Source of the DNA: Candidatus Micrarchaeota archaeon
GTDB taxonomy: Archaea > Micrarchaeota > Micrarchaeia > CABMEP01
Reading direction: 5' to 3'
Assembly: GCA_026413625.1 (NCBI GenBank)
Contig: JAOAKO010000002.1
Coordinates: 6,623 to 70,622 of the forward strand
DNA: 64,000 nt
Shown piece after piece: positions 1-9,300 of the stretch. The translations under genes were made by a program, and so were the position numbers. The first letter of the stretch is position 1. Each line of letters begins with the position of its first letter. Under the pieces are notes generated by a model, which was not told where the DNA came from, did not search any database, and saw only the letters and a list, made by a program, of their open reading frames with translations.

Positions 1-410
1 AGTCTGTCGCGTACATATCGACCCCGCGGCTTGGTACATCGCTGTCGACCTATCTCATCCTGGGCGTGCAGGAGCGCCCAAGGGTTGGTTTGTTCATCCA
101 TTAAAGAGATACACGAGTTGGGTTCAGTACGTCGCGAGACAGTACGGTAGTATCTACTAGGATTGCATCTGCCTGAGGGGAGCGCCCCACTAGTACGAGA
201 GGAACATGGGACGGGCGCCTCTAGTGTACCGGTTGTAAATAGCATCGCCGGGCAGCCACGCGCCAAATCATAAGACCTGAAAGCATCTAAGGTCGAAGGA
301 TTGCCCAAAACTAGGCAGACGTGAGAGCGGGTAGCAGACCCGTTTGATAGGTCAGTGGTGTAGGCAGCGAGCTTACGCGAGCTGCGAGCCAGCTGATACT
401 AAATCTCCTT
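1..410 (+). rRNA. rrl: 23S rRNA, 3' portion (domain V end and domain VI), truncated by the window start; 3' end approximate
   Basis: Contains the A-loop CCCAAGGGTTGG...GTTC, GAGTTGGGTTCAG..CGTCGCGAGACAG, the sarcin-ricin loop AGTACGAGAGGAAC (192-205) and CTGAAAGCATCTAAG; followed by a pyrimidine-rich tract. Confidence 0.97.
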
Positions 411-593
411 ACTCACAAATTTCTTCGTGTCTTTCACTCAAACTATCTTCTTATTTTATTTACATCCTTAGCGAAAGCCGGATTAAAATGACTGATATAT
501 TTATATTCCTTTATCTGCATATAATATTAGTAACGTCTGTTACTTGTGCTATCTGTTTTAAATGGAACAAAAAATCTATCTGTAGGTGAAAAA

Positions 594-1808
594 ATGGCAG
601 TTACTAACAAGTATGATGTGATTATTGTAGGTGCAGGGCCGGCTGGTTCTGTGTGCGCAAATTTCCTTGGAAGAGAAGGAAGAAAGGTCCTTCTTGTTGA
701 CAAGGCAAAATTTCCGAGAGACAAGACGTGCGGAGACGCATGCAGCGGAAAGTCGATCTCTGTTTTAAGGGAATTGGGAATTCTCCCCGAAATAAAGAAG
801 GTTGCGCACGGAGTCAATAACGGAGTCATATTCTCATCTCCGAAAGGAACCATCCTTGAGATAAGGACTGAAAATCAGGATGGGTTTGTATGCAGAAGAG
901 AGATATTGGACAACGTATTGTTTAAGGCCGCTAAGAAGCATGTCGACACTCTTGAAGAATTCACTGTAACTGACCTTATTAAGGATGGAGAACAAGTGAT
1001 AGGCATTGTTGGCAAAGATAAGAACGGAAAAGAGCAGAGATATTATGCAAACATAGTCGTCGGCGCTGACGGTGCGATGTCTGTAGTTGCGCAAAAGGTT
1101 GGCGTATTCGAAGTTGACCCTGCGCACCACTGCGTTGCAGTAAGAGGATATTACGACGGAGTAACTGGAATGAAGGATGTTATTGAGCTTCACTTCACAA
1201 AAACAGCGATACCCGGATACTTCTGGATATTCCCGTATGAAGACGGAACTGCGAATGTCGGGCTTGGAATGCTTACAAAGGATGTGAAAGCGAGAAACAT
1301 CAATCTAAAGGAGCTGATGGAAAGAGAAATTAAGGAAAACCCGATGTTTAAAGAAAGATTCAAGAACGCACGGTTAATCAGTGAGATTAAGGGGTGGAAC
1401 CTCCCGCTAGGTTCGAAAATCAGAAAGCAGATAGCTGGTGATGGATGGATATTGATTGGCGATGCCGCTTCGCTTATAGATCCTTTCTCTGGAGAGGGAA
1501 TGGGGAATGCAATGCTTAGCGGAAAGCTGGCTTTCAGAACAATAAGCAAGGCGCTTAGAATGGGCGTTTTCAGCAAGAAGATACTGTCTGAATATGAAGA
1601 AGAGATAAGAAGAGAGCTGAAGAGCGAGCTCGAAATGAGCTACTTATTGCAGAGGCTCGGAAAGATTGAATTCTTGCTTAACCTAGTGATTGATAAGGCT
1701 GCAAGAAACCCTGAAATAAGAAAAGAGCTCACAACCATGATAGTTAGCGAAGAGGCGAAAAAGAATTTCTCTTCCCCGTTATTTTATTTGAAACTTCTTT
1801 TCAGCTAA
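594..1808 (+). CDS. Geranylgeranyl reductase family FAD-dependent oxidoreductase (DGGGPL reductase-like)
   Basis: GAGPAG FAD motif, FPRDKTCGD, GADG, PGYFWIFP, LIGDAASLIDPFSGEG; ATG at 594 preferred over the ORF start at 546. Confidence 0.9.
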   Translation: MAVTNKYDVIIVGAGPAGSVCANFLGREGRKVLLVDKAKFPRDKTCGDACSGKSISVLRELGILPEIKKVAHGVNNGVIFSSPKGTILEIRTENQDGFVCRREILDNVLFKAAKKHVDTLEEFTVTDLIKDGEQVIGIVGKDKNGKEQRYYANIVVGADGAMSVVAQKVGVFEVDPAHHCVAVRGYYDGVTGMKDVIELHFTKTAIPGYFWIFPYEDGTANVGLGMLTKDVKARNINLKELMEREIKENPMFKERFKNARLISEIKGWNLPLGSKIRKQIAGDGWILIGDAASLIDPFSGEGMGNAMLSGKLAFRTISKALRMGVFSKKILSEYEEEIRRELKSELEMSYLLQRLGKIEFLLNLVIDKAARNPEIRKELTTMIVSEEAKKNFSSPLFYLKLLFS

Positions 1809-1865
1809 TTTTCTTTTTACTGTTTGTTTTTTTATTTTCACTGTTTTTATTTGTTTAAGAATTAG

Positions 1866-1940
1866 TGCTCCGATCGGGATTTGAACCCGAGTTTCAGCCT
1901 TGAAAGGGCTGCGTCCTTGACCGGACTAGACGATCGGAGC
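1866..1940 (-). tRNA. tRNA-Glu(TTC)
   Basis: Reverse complement GCTCCGA...CAGCC-CTTTCAA-GGCTG...GGTTCAAATCC...TCGGAGC-A folds as a cloverleaf. Confidence 0.96.
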
Positions 1941-2010
1941 TTAAAAGAAGTTAGAATATAATATACACGAAAAGAAATAAATACCTTCCCTTAAAAACAA
2001 TTGTCTTTGC

Positions 2011-2601
2011 TCAATGCTTGTGGTTTAGTACCTTCTTAACTATTTCTTGGCTTACTTCCTCAAACGGTTTTGTTGTCTCGATGGTTATCCATTTTGACAG
2101 AAAATTTTCGCTTGCCAATTCTTTGTATCTGAAATTCGCCTTGATTAGAAATTCTTCGTCTCTTTCGAATCTTGTGTATCTTTTCTTTCCTTTTATTCTT
2201 TCAATTGCGATATCTGGAGAAACGGATAGATATATTATATGGTCTGGCCTGATTATGTTTAATGCTGAAATAATCTCTTTTGCCTTGGTGTAGTTTATCC
2301 TTTGAAAGGCGATTGTGGTTAATGCATATCTGTCTGCGATGACCCAATAGCCTTTTTCAAGATCCTTTTTTATAGAATCCTGATCCTTCATAATGTCTGC
2401 CAAAAATAAAAGAAACTGTGACTCTGGTGAAATATCTATGTCTTTATTAAGGAAATTTTTGATTGGCTTTCCGAATATTCCTGCTTTGTCGGGATACTCG
2501 TATAACTTGACTTTTTTACCCCTCTTTTTCAGTTCCTTAATAAACGAATGCACGTGTTTTGTTTTGCCTGAGCCGTTGATTCCTTCAAATACGATAAACA
2601 T
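2011..2601 (-). CDS. tmk: Thymidylate kinase
   Basis: FIVFEGINGSGKT P-loop, YEYP, VIADRY, RPDHIIYL. Confidence 0.92.
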   Translation of the reverse strand: MFIVFEGINGSGKTKHVHSFIKELKKRGKKVKLYEYPDKAGIFGKPIKNFLNKDIDISPESQFLLFLADIMKDQDSIKKDLEKGYWVIADRYALTTIAFQRINYTKAKEIISALNIIRPDHIIYLSVSPDIAIERIKGKKRYTRFERDEEFLIKANFRYKELASENFLSKWITIETTKPFEEVSQEIVKKVLNHKH

Positions 2602-2651
2602 AAAATAAGTTTATTAGATTAATTTAAAAATTTATTGAAAAAGAAAAAAAA

Positions 2652-2969
2652 TTATTTAAGGAATGAAAGATTGGAGGATCCTTCGTCTTCTCTCGAAGAG
2701 ATTGATGGTTGGTAGCTGTATTGCATTTGACTTGCTCCTTTTGAGACCACTATGACATCCTCCAAAGATCTGACATTCTTGTATAAGACTGTCTTCTCTT
2801 TGATGATTCTCTGTGCGTCTTCTCTTGACGCTGTGTGGATGCTCTCGAGAGTAAGTCTCACTACTTCTCCTTTCTCCACGTCAACAATAATATCATATAC
2901 CTTTCCTAGATATTTTCCCGCATCGGAAAATATATCCATTCCATATAGTTTGCTTAAGCGGATTGACAT
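2652..2969 (-). CDS. PRC-barrel domain protein (CdpB-like; possible FtsZ-system division protein)
   Basis: RLSKLYGMDIFSDAGKYLGKVYDIIVDVEKGEV is a classic PRC-barrel pattern. Confidence 0.8.
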   Translation of the reverse strand: MSIRLSKLYGMDIFSDAGKYLGKVYDIIVDVEKGEVVRLTLESIHTASREDAQRIIKEKTVLYKNVRSLEDVIVVSKGASQMQYSYQPSISSREDEGSSNLSFLK

Positions 2970-3031
2970 ATCATCGCCTCTAATTTATTATGTAATAATA
3001 TATTTAAAAATATTGCTTCTTTCCTATTAAT

Positions 3032-3373
3032 ATGGGAAAATCAAAGAACAGACTAAAAAATGAATATTTTATTAAGAAAACAAGTGTTATTCTTCTTATG
3101 CTTCTTCAGCATGAAAAGGCGACAATAAGCCAGCTTAGCAAATCAAGCGGTGTAAGCTTCTTGTACTGCGCCAATAAAATCAAAGAGATGGAATCTGCTG
3201 GATTTGTTGTATCTGCAAGGGAAAAAAAATTTAGGTTTGTTTTTTTGACTGAGAAGGGCGTCAGGCTGGCAGAAAAAATTAAGGAAGTTGCAAAATTGAT
3301 TTCGGAAAGCGAGCAGGCCGAAATGGAGACTGCCCCCATCCACTCCGGCGTGAATGAAACAAACAATGATTGA
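3032..3373 (+). CDS. Winged-helix (MarR-like) transcriptional regulator
   Basis: ATISQLSK HTH, MESAGFV, wing FVFLTEKG. Confidence 0.75.
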   Translation: MGKSKNRLKNEYFIKKTSVILLMLLQHEKATISQLSKSSGVSFLYCANKIKEMESAGFVVSAREKKFRFVFLTEKGVRLAEKIKEVAKLISESEQAEMETAPIHSGVNETNND

Positions 3374-3377
3374 TCAA

Positions 3378-3722
3378 TTACAAGAGTTTTAGATCCTTTA
3401 TGTGCTTGTCTATCTCTTCATCGTACCAGGGCCCGATAACCATACAGATTATTGTTCCAGGCTCTACTTGTGTCAAACCCGCATCGCGTATGAGCTGGCA
3501 TGGAATGGTGTTTTTTATTTTTTCGTAAAGCTGTATGAGTTCATGTTCAGAACCGACCTTAAGCACAATCTTTTTTTGTCCGCTATTGAGCCATTCTGAC
3601 GTTATCTTTTTGTTTTTGTTTTCTACGTTTAAGAATCCAGTAATGCCTGCATGCGCTGCATGCGCAGCTATCTTTCCCTTTCCTATCTTCAGATCGGACC
3701 TGAACACTATAACCTGCTTCAT
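3378..3722 (-). CDS. pth2: Peptidyl-tRNA hydrolase Pth2
   Basis: KQVIVFRSDLKIGKGKIAAHAAHA, GQKKIVLKV, IRDAGLTQVEPGT, GP; start taken at MKQV. Confidence 0.95.
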   Translation of the reverse strand: MKQVIVFRSDLKIGKGKIAAHAAHAGITGFLNVENKNKKITSEWLNSGQKKIVLKVGSEHELIQLYEKIKNTIPCQLIRDAGLTQVEPGTIICMVIGPWYDEEIDKHIKDLKLL

Positions 3723-3788
3723 AACTATATAATTGTAGAAACGTTTTAAAAGAGTAATATATAATATATTATAGAAATCGCTCATTTT

Positions 3789-3861
3789 GGGGTCGTGGGC
3801 TAACCTGGTATGCTGACAGCTTTGGGAGCTGTTGATCTGAGTTCAAATCTCAGCGACCCCA
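3789..3861 (+). tRNA. tRNA-Pro(TGG)
   Basis: GGGGTCG/CGACCCC acceptor stem, ACAGC-TTTGGGA-GCTGT anticodon arm, GTTCAAATC T-loop. Confidence 0.96.
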
Positions 3862-3960
3862 TTTGCCGATGGTTTAAGGAGAAAATTGTAAAATTGTGGG
3901 AGTCTGGTTTTAATAATAAAAATTAAAAAAAATAGAAATAAATAAAAAAAATAAATAAAA

Positions 3961-4176
3961 TTACGCGTTCTTCATTTTTGCTTCATATACGTATCCGTCC
4001 TTTCCGACATAGTACATGAAGCCTGGTTTCTTTGTTATCTTCTCTGTACCGACCTTACCCTTCTTTCCTTTCTTGTTTGCCTTCATTGGTGCCTTCCAGA
4101 CGTATCCGTCCTTACCAATGTAGTAGAGATAACCTTCTTCTCTCTTGATTTTTTCATTTCCAACTTTCTTTCCCAT
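3961..4176 (-). CDS. Small, highly basic protein with two internal repeats (candidate nucleic-acid-binding protein)
   Basis: KVGNEKIKREEGYLYYIGKDGYVW repeated as KVGTEKITKKPGFMYYVGKDGYVY; SD-like GAGGTG upstream of the ATG at 4176. Confidence 0.8.
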   Translation of the reverse strand: MGKKVGNEKIKREEGYLYYIGKDGYVWKAPMKANKKGKKGKVGTEKITKKPGFMYYVGKDGYVYEAKMKNA

Positions 4177-4325
4177 TAAAAACACCTCGTATTTATAATC
4201 ATGTATTAAGTATAATATTTAAAAATCTATTCGATTTCATTCGGAAATCATTCGGAAAACAGAAAGCAATTTAAATATACTACTTCAATAAATATTTGAT
4301 TATCTATTTAGAATTAAGTGATAGT

Positions 4326-4736
4326 ATGGGCATTTTGGATTTGTTTGGCAAAAAGGATGTAAGCAATGTTGCGAAAAAGGTACCTTACGATGTTAAAACT
4401 TCAGTCAATCCAATACGATTATCGGCACACAAAATAGATAGGTGTGATTTAGAGATTAAAATAAAGAATATGACTGAAGAAACGGTGCTTAGCTCTGTTG
4501 TTATAGAGGTAGGAAATGGTTTGGCGATGGATCAGACTGGAATCCATAAGACAAAGGAAATAAGGATAGGATATTTGAATAAAAACGACGAATACACCGT
4601 AATAGTTCCGATCTGGTCAAATGTGATGACAAATCCTGGAAGCATACCTGTAAAAATCAATGTTTACGTTCATTATAGGACTTATTCTTACATTTTAAAT
4701 GGGGTTAAGAAAGAAATTAACATAAGGGTTGTCTGA
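4326..4736 (+). CDS. Hypothetical protein, beta-rich (Ig-like?)
   Basis: Open ORF with alternating hydrophobic beta-strand patterns; no recognised family. Confidence 0.6.
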   Translation: MGILDLFGKKDVSNVAKKVPYDVKTSVNPIRLSAHKIDRCDLEIKIKNMTEETVLSSVVIEVGNGLAMDQTGIHKTKEIRIGYLNKNDEYTVIVPIWSNVMTNPGSIPVKINVYVHYRTYSYILNGVKKEINIRVV

Positions 4737-4738
4737 TT

Positions 4739-6745
4739 TTATTTTTTCTCTTTTTTGCTTTCTGTTTCCTCTTTTCTTTTATTTGAAATGCAGTTCTGGT
4801 TCAGGCATTTTTGATATCTTTGTTTTCCTTTAATTATCCATATCTTTGGGGAATTGCATGAATCGCATTGGCCCGCGTATGTAAACAAATATGATGGAGG
4901 CAATGAAAATGTTATTTTGCATTTTGGATAGTTTGTACATCCGAGAAACTTTTTTCCTTTATAATCTATTACTTTTAGGTTGCCTCCGCAGGCGCAGGGA
5001 GCGAATTTTTCTGATTCTTCTAAATTCACCTTAAGCTCTGTTCCTATTTCCTTTTCGTGCTGCAATATGTCGTGTATTATCGAGGTCACTATCTCTTTTG
5101 CGTCGTTTATTGTTTTTTCTTTCGAAATTTCTTTATTTTGAATTTTTTCCATCTCTTCTTCCAATTGTCTTGTTAGGTTTGGATCCAAAATTTTAGGGGA
5201 GTATTTTTTGAAGATTTTGTATATGACCCTACCCAAAGGAGTAACTGTAATTTGCTTTCCTACAACATAACCGCGCTTGTACAACGTATCCAATACAATT
5301 GCTCTTGTTGTTTTTGTGCCTATGTTTTCTTTTTCCATGAGTTGGAGTATGGAAGCTGGGGTGTATCTTTGCGGTGGTGTGGTTTCTTTTTCTTTCATTG
5401 TTACTTTAGATATTGAAACTTCCTCCCCGTCGATAAATGGGTTTGTTTCCTTTTTTTCCTGTAAATAAGGATAAAATTTTTGCCATCCTTCTTTCACAGT
5501 TTCAGATATTTTTGTCGAGTATATCTCTGTTGCATCCAATGTTATGTTGTTTTCCTTTATTTCTGCATAGTCTGCAAAACAAGAGAGAAATCTATGTACT
5601 ATTAAATTGTATATTTTTTCCTCATCTGTGGAAATTTTATCTGTTTCGCCAGTTGGGTGAATTGCAGGATGAACATCTTCTTTCTTGCCTTCTTTTGGTT
5701 TGAATTTGTTTTCTTCGATTAACTCTTTTGCAAGTTTAGAGAATTTTGGGTTTTCTGACAATTTGTAAATTATTGATTTTACATTGATTTGTGGTGGAAG
5801 TTTTTGCGACGCTGATCTCGGATAGCTTATCATTCCCTTTTCATATAAAGATTGTGAAATTTCTTGGGTTTTTACTGGGATAAATCCATATATCCTATAC
5901 GCCTCAGTCTGTAATGTGGTAAAGTCAAATGGTGGGGGTGGTGGTATTTTTTTGATCGTGGAATTTATTTTTATTTTTCCTTTTTTTGATGTGTTTTCCT
6001 TTGCGGTTTCTGCTTCTTTTTTGCTTTTGAAGGGATTTTTTGTGTGTGAAAATTGCACGTCTTTAGCGATAATGTTTAAAACCCAATAAAGTTCTGGTTT
6101 AAAGTTTTCTATTTCTTCTTCTCTCTTAACTAAAAAGTGGAGCATCGGTCCCTGCACTCTTCCTATTGAAAGGGATTTATATCTTCCTGATTTTTTGATG
6201 GCGTTCATTACAGACCTGCTTAAGTTAATTCCATAAAACCAATCTATTGTATGTCTCGCTTCCCCAGCATAAGCGTTATCTATGTCGAAGTCGATTAAAT
6301 TTTTGTATGCTTCATAGAGTTCTTGGGGTGTGACTGTTGAAAACTTCATCCTTTTTGCTTTTCTTACATCTCCGTATTTCTTGATTATATTATATCCTAT
6401 TAAACTGCCTTCAATATCAAAATCTGTTGCGTTTATTACCAAATCTGCGTTTTTTATCAGGTTGACGATATTATCCAAATAGTCTTTGATATAATATGAA
6501 GATTTGTTAACTAAGTATGAAGGTACCCATTCTAACTCAAATACAGGTATTGTATTTTGTTTTTCTTTTAACGAAAAAAGATGCCCTACTGCAGGGGTTA
6601 TGAATAAATCTGTGTTTTCGTTTTTAAGTTCATAATAAGTTACTCTTTTGTGTTGTTTTTTTGTTAGCGTTTGAAAGTCTTTTTTTAATGCATATGCTAT
6701 CTTTTGAGCTACAGATGGTTTTTCAGTGATGATTAATATCCTCAT
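4739..6745 (-). CDS. topA: DNA topoisomerase IA with C-terminal Zn ribbons
   Basis: IITEKPS TOPRIM, AVGHL, ATDFDIEG, SIGRVQ, active-site ISYPR, HPAIHPT, IGTKTTR, GCTNYPKC. Confidence 0.96.
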   Translation of the reverse strand: MRILIITEKPSVAQKIAYALKKDFQTLTKKQHKRVTYYELKNENTDLFITPAVGHLFSLKEKQNTIPVFELEWVPSYLVNKSSYYIKDYLDNIVNLIKNADLVINATDFDIEGSLIGYNIIKKYGDVRKAKRMKFSTVTPQELYEAYKNLIDFDIDNAYAGEARHTIDWFYGINLSRSVMNAIKKSGRYKSLSIGRVQGPMLHFLVKREEEIENFKPELYWVLNIIAKDVQFSHTKNPFKSKKEAETAKENTSKKGKIKINSTIKKIPPPPPFDFTTLQTEAYRIYGFIPVKTQEISQSLYEKGMISYPRSASQKLPPQINVKSIIYKLSENPKFSKLAKELIEENKFKPKEGKKEDVHPAIHPTGETDKISTDEEKIYNLIVHRFLSCFADYAEIKENNITLDATEIYSTKISETVKEGWQKFYPYLQEKKETNPFIDGEEVSISKVTMKEKETTPPQRYTPASILQLMEKENIGTKTTRAIVLDTLYKRGYVVGKQITVTPLGRVIYKIFKKYSPKILDPNLTRQLEEEMEKIQNKEISKEKTINDAKEIVTSIIHDILQHEKEIGTELKVNLEESEKFAPCACGGNLKVIDYKGKKFLGCTNYPKCKITFSLPPSYLFTYAGQCDSCNSPKIWIIKGKQRYQKCLNQNCISNKRKEETESKKEKK

Positions 6746-6871
6746 TCGATCACTATATAACAAATATATGATAAATATGGTTTTGCAAAATTTAGTTTAG
6801 AATAATGTAATAGAAAAATAAAGTATTTAAATAATAACATATTTTGTGTGGGGTGGGGGGGTTCTATTCCA

Positions 6872-7129
6872 TTATTTTTGGTTTTCTGTAATAAACTCTA
6901 TATGTCCTATTTTTAATTCATAATATTCTATCCAAGGTAAAAATTCTTTCATAAAATCATCTATAATTTCTTTGTTTTTTTGATCAATGAGGAAAATTTG
7001 TTGTTTTTTAAATAATTTTAATTTTATAATTTTGTTTAATTTATTATAATTATAGTAAAATCTCCTTTTAATGTTGTTTAAAATGTTTTTATTCGTGTTT
7101 TTAAATCTAAAAACATATAAAATATACAT
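6872..7129 (-). CDS. Small hypothetical protein (possible ferredoxin-like Cas2/VapD-type fold)
   Basis: 85-aa ORF that stays open despite extreme AT content; N-terminal beta strand YILYVF and KRRFYY helix. Confidence 0.45.
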   Translation of the reverse strand: MYILYVFRFKNTNKNILNNIKRRFYYNYNKLNKIIKLKLFKKQQIFLIDQKNKEIIDDFMKEFLPWIEYYELKIGHIEFITENQK

Positions 7130-7130
7130 A

Positions 7131-7148
7131 TTGTAACTTTAGTTACAA
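7131..7148. promoter_or_regulatory. Palindrome TTGTAACT-TT-AGTTACAA, likely a protein-binding site
   Basis: Perfect 8-bp arms 1 bp upstream of the start codon of the 85-aa ORF. Confidence 0.45.
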
Positions 7149-7312
7149 AAATTTAAATTAATTTCTATATTACTGGAAGTAAACCCTCTCCCCCTACTTT
7201 TTTATTAAAACCATGTTTATTTTATATAAAAATCATATATTAAAATTAGACATACTTTCTAAATCACATCCTGAAATATATATTTAATTTATCATTGACG
7301 GTTTTTATCTTT

Positions 7313-9244
7313 TTACTGTTGATTTTTGTTACTATCTTCACTTATTTTTTGTTCTACACCTATATTCTGAATGTATTTGTCAACATTATCTTTATTTTCA
7401 AATCTTTTTGCTTTAGGCAATACAATGCTAAAAACACTTCCTTTACCTACTTCAGAATTAACTATAATATCACTATCATGCAGTTTCATAATTTCTTTAG
7501 CGATCGCCAAACCCAATCCACTACCTTCCTTTTTATATAGCTTAGATATACTGCTTCTTTGGAATCTTTCAAATATCGCCTGCTGTTCCTTTTTAGGTAT
7601 CCCAGGGCCGGTATCGATAACATCGACTTGGATGTTATTTCGATCCTTTTCAAAAGCATTTATAGTGACTGAACCTTTATCTGTAAATTTAATGGCGTTA
7701 TTAACTAAATTCATAAGCACTTGGGCGATTCTTTCAGGATCCCCATAAACTTCCCCCAAACTGTCCGGAGTATTCCATATCAAAGTCAACCCTTTACTTT
7801 CCGCCATATTCCTTAATGAACATTTATCTTCCAAATCTTTGAGTTTAAACGGTCGCTTGTGCAAAGTTATTGCCCCTGCATCTAATTTGGACAAATCAAG
7901 CAAATCATTTATCAACTTGGCAAGACGCTTGGATTCTTTGTCAATTATCTCAGCCGCTTCTTGTTGTTTCGGTGTGTTTGGCCCTAAAACCTTGTTCCTT
8001 AAAAGCGACGCATAACCTTGTATATTTGTTAACGGCGTCTTAAGGTCGTGAGAAACCATACTCACGAATTCGGTCTTCATTCTATTAATTTCAGAAAGAC
8101 GTTTATAATCCTCCTTTAATTTTTCTCTTTCCTCAACCGTCTTATCCTCGCTTTTTTTCTTTTCAGTTATATTTCTTAACGTCATACTGTACTCTATTGA
8201 TGAATTTTCATGCGTCAGAGGCAAAGCACTTACGGCAAAGTAAATCATTTTTCTTTTGTTGTTATATATTCTAAACTCCTTATCTTGAAAACCCTTCCTG
8301 ACTTTCTCGCATTCTGTGAGAGACCTTACAAAAACAGGCATGTCTTCAGGATGTATAATCTGAAATATTGTTGGGTAAGGCTCTTTGTATCCAAGCTGTT
8401 TTTCAAACTGTTTGTTAACAAACTTAAATTTACCATTTTTATCAATTATACAAATAATATCCGTCGTGTTATTAACTATCTGCTCATACTGTTCTCTTAC
8501 AACCCTTATCTCTTCTGCAAGCTTTACTTCCTGGCTTTTATTATTAAATATCAAAATCAAATTTTCCCCGTTAGGTACTATTTTAACCGAAACAAGCAAC
8601 GATCCGTTGTAGATAATACCATCAGTTTCAACCCTAGCATTATTTTCAACACATTCCTTTATCTTTTGGTTAAATTTATTGATCTTCACATAGTCTTTGA
8701 TATTTACATCTTCTTTAATTTCAGGTATAATCTTTCTAGAAAATTCATTGCAGGAGACAACCTTTCCGTTTCTTTTTATTTCAATTATACACATATCTAT
8801 ATTTTCCAATGCCTTAAGTTTTCGGAGAACCATCTCATTCATTTTTTCTTTAGAAACATCAATAAATTCAACTAAGGTTGTAAGGCCCAGGTTAATTTCT
8901 TTAGTCTCAACATTTATTTTTTTTCCATTTGAAAAAAGATGATTATTTTTCAATATTTTACTTATTTTATTTCCTTTAATTTCTTCTTCATTTATCTTAA
9001 ATTCCTGTATAAATCTTTCATTGACAAACAAAATATTTTTTTTATCATCTATTATTACTGCCGGATAATTTAAGTTTTTAAATAAAGTATATAATGAATC
9101 ATTTACAATATGAACATTTCGTATATTCGTTTTCTTTTCAATCTCATTATTTTTTACATTAACATTTTCAAATATTTTTTCATCAGAATCAGCCAAATCT
9201 AGAATGGTAGTTTGTTTATCTTTGTGTTCTATCTCATCTGCCAT
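7313..9244 (-). CDS. Multi-PAS sensor histidine kinase (cytoplasmic)
   Basis: PAS motifs (IIHPED), H-box SHDLKTPL, N-box NLVNNAIKFT, G1 DTGPGI, F-box IFERF, G2 GSGLGLAI. Confidence 0.95.
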   Translation of the reverse strand: MADEIEHKDKQTTILDLADSDEKIFENVNVKNNEIEKKTNIRNVHIVNDSLYTLFKNLNYPAVIIDDKKNILFVNERFIQEFKINEEEIKGNKISKILKNNHLFSNGKKINVETKEINLGLTTLVEFIDVSKEKMNEMVLRKLKALENIDMCIIEIKRNGKVVSCNEFSRKIIPEIKEDVNIKDYVKINKFNQKIKECVENNARVETDGIIYNGSLLVSVKIVPNGENLILIFNNKSQEVKLAEEIRVVREQYEQIVNNTTDIICIIDKNGKFKFVNKQFEKQLGYKEPYPTIFQIIHPEDMPVFVRSLTECEKVRKGFQDKEFRIYNNKRKMIYFAVSALPLTHENSSIEYSMTLRNITEKKKSEDKTVEEREKLKEDYKRLSEINRMKTEFVSMVSHDLKTPLTNIQGYASLLRNKVLGPNTPKQQEAAEIIDKESKRLAKLINDLLDLSKLDAGAITLHKRPFKLKDLEDKCSLRNMAESKGLTLIWNTPDSLGEVYGDPERIAQVLMNLVNNAIKFTDKGSVTINAFEKDRNNIQVDVIDTGPGIPKKEQQAIFERFQRSSISKLYKKEGSGLGLAIAKEIMKLHDSDIIVNSEVGKGSVFSIVLPKAKRFENKDNVDKYIQNIGVEQKISEDSNKNQQ

Positions 9245-9300
9245 AATATAATTTCAATAATAAGATTTTAATTCTTTTATACTAAGATATATCTGATATT

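Larger units (their letters stand above)
6848..7197. promoter_or_regulatory. Imperfect 27-bp inverted repeat pair (6848-6874 and 7171-7197) around a very AT-rich stretch; candidate replication origin
   Basis: GTGGGGTGGGGGGGTTCTATTCCATTA vs reverse complement GTAGGGGGAGAGGGTTTACTTCCAGTA, 19/27 identical; local strand-composition switch. Confidence 0.4.

Noticed and set aside
344-589. 81-aa ORF at the window start
   Set aside because: Overlaps the 23S rRNA 3' end and the downstream spacer; no protein-like features.
6872-7129. CRISPR-Cas locus suggested by the Cas2-like small ORF
   Set aside because: No repeat-spacer array or other cas genes anywhere in the window.
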